Shown: positions 47,137-47,461 of the stretch, piece after piece
How the letters are laid out: each line of letters starts with the position of its first letter
Position numbering within the stretch: position 1 is the first letter of the stretch
Translations under genes and position numbers: made by a program
UHGV virus genome: UHGV-0210064
Reading direction: 5' to 3' (one strand)
From: a virus
Length of the DNA stretch: 47,461 bases
The notes under the pieces: model-generated
Database searches by the model: none
The model's input: only the letters and a program-made list of their open reading frames with translations
What the model was told of the DNA's origin: nothing

Positions 47137-47200
47137 AATACCAATGCTCTTATTTTAAAAATACTTGCGGTATTGCAATGTTTAATACTTGTGGTATTGT
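47137..47200. promoter_or_regulatory. OR/PR region: operators AATAC-N5-GTATT at 47160-47174 and 47184-47198 (weaker site 47137-47154), PR -35 TTGCAA 47173-47178
   Basis: Same palindrome as at OL. Divergent cI and cro genes flank the region. Confidence 0.5.
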
Positions 47201-47229
47201 TTGCTCATGAGTTGATAGGAGCTAACCAC

Positions 47230-47421
47230 ATGAAAATTTCTTTAGCTGAATACGTTGACGAAGTTGGACAGGCAAGAGCTGCTGATGCCATCGGCGTTCA
47301 CCAGACCGCAATTAGTAAAGCTATCCGGGTAGGACGGAAGATTTTCGTTAACACCCTGCCTGATGGAAAAATTAAGGCTGAAGAGATCAAGCCTTTCCCA
47401 CATAACAGAAATCCTGATTAA
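47230..47421 (+). CDS. cro: Cro repressor
   Basis: MKISLAEYVDEVGQARAADAIGVHQTAISKAIRVGRKIFV aligns with lambda Cro. ATG at 47230 with a RBS (aggag). Confidence 0.75.
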   Translation: MKISLAEYVDEVGQARAADAIGVHQTAISKAIRVGRKIFVNTLPDGKIKAEEIKPFPHNRNPD

Positions 47422-47461
47422 ACAAAGCTGAATTGAGCAGTCAGCGGGTTCTGACTGAGTA

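Noticed and set aside
47101-47229. N-terminal extension of the cro ORF (MSVSFSFPFS...)
   Set aside because: It overlaps the OR operators and promoter. The Cro-homologous sequence starts at the ATG at 47230, which has a RBS.

Overview
The window reads as a complete temperate phage genome of about 47.5 kb from an enterobacterium, linearised inside its immunity region: cII sits at the left edge and cI/cro at the right edge, so the two ends are contiguous in a circle. The early region is lambda/P22-like, the virion module is a DUF1073 portal / Mu-F / contractile tail with baseplate, and the leftward early operon carries recombination and modification genes.

Gene order, rightward from the left edge:
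- cII-like activator; an O-like replication initiator with internal iterons followed by an AT-rich stretch; a DnaB-type helicase; and a nin-like block containing a DUF551 protein, NinE, NinG and a Cys-rich Q-like antiterminator.
- A PR' promoter followed by a tR' terminator, then tRNA-Asn and tRNA-Thr.
- A lysis cassette: dual-start holin, SAR endolysin, and overlapping Rz/Rz1.
- Small and large terminase, a DUF1073-type portal, a Mu-F-like protein, a scaffold-like protein with acidic repeats, and a major capsid protein.
- Tail and baseplate genes, including a tape measure protein with a lytic transglycosylase (SLT) domain.
- Tail fibres and a beta-helix tailspike.

On the minus strand run the integrase, excisionase, a TraR-like protein, two methyltransferases, a YqaJ-type exonuclease, RecT, a DUF1351 protein, and the PL promoter.

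Accessory cargo:
- An AT-rich, promoter-and-terminator-bounded two-gene cassette at 5171-6332 pairing an unrecognised 259-aa protein with a small HEPN-domain protein. This is the best candidate for an undescribed defence or toxin system.
- A 2H-phosphoesterase-like domain fused to the C-terminus of the portal protein.
- An SOS-box-controlled operon encoding a UmuD'-like protein with no UmuC.
- A KilA-N gene bounded by two terminators inside the tail cluster.
- An AT-rich secreted protein inside the baseplate cluster.
- A membrane protein in the position lambda uses for rexB.

All calls come from reading the sequence and from motif recall; no database search was run.
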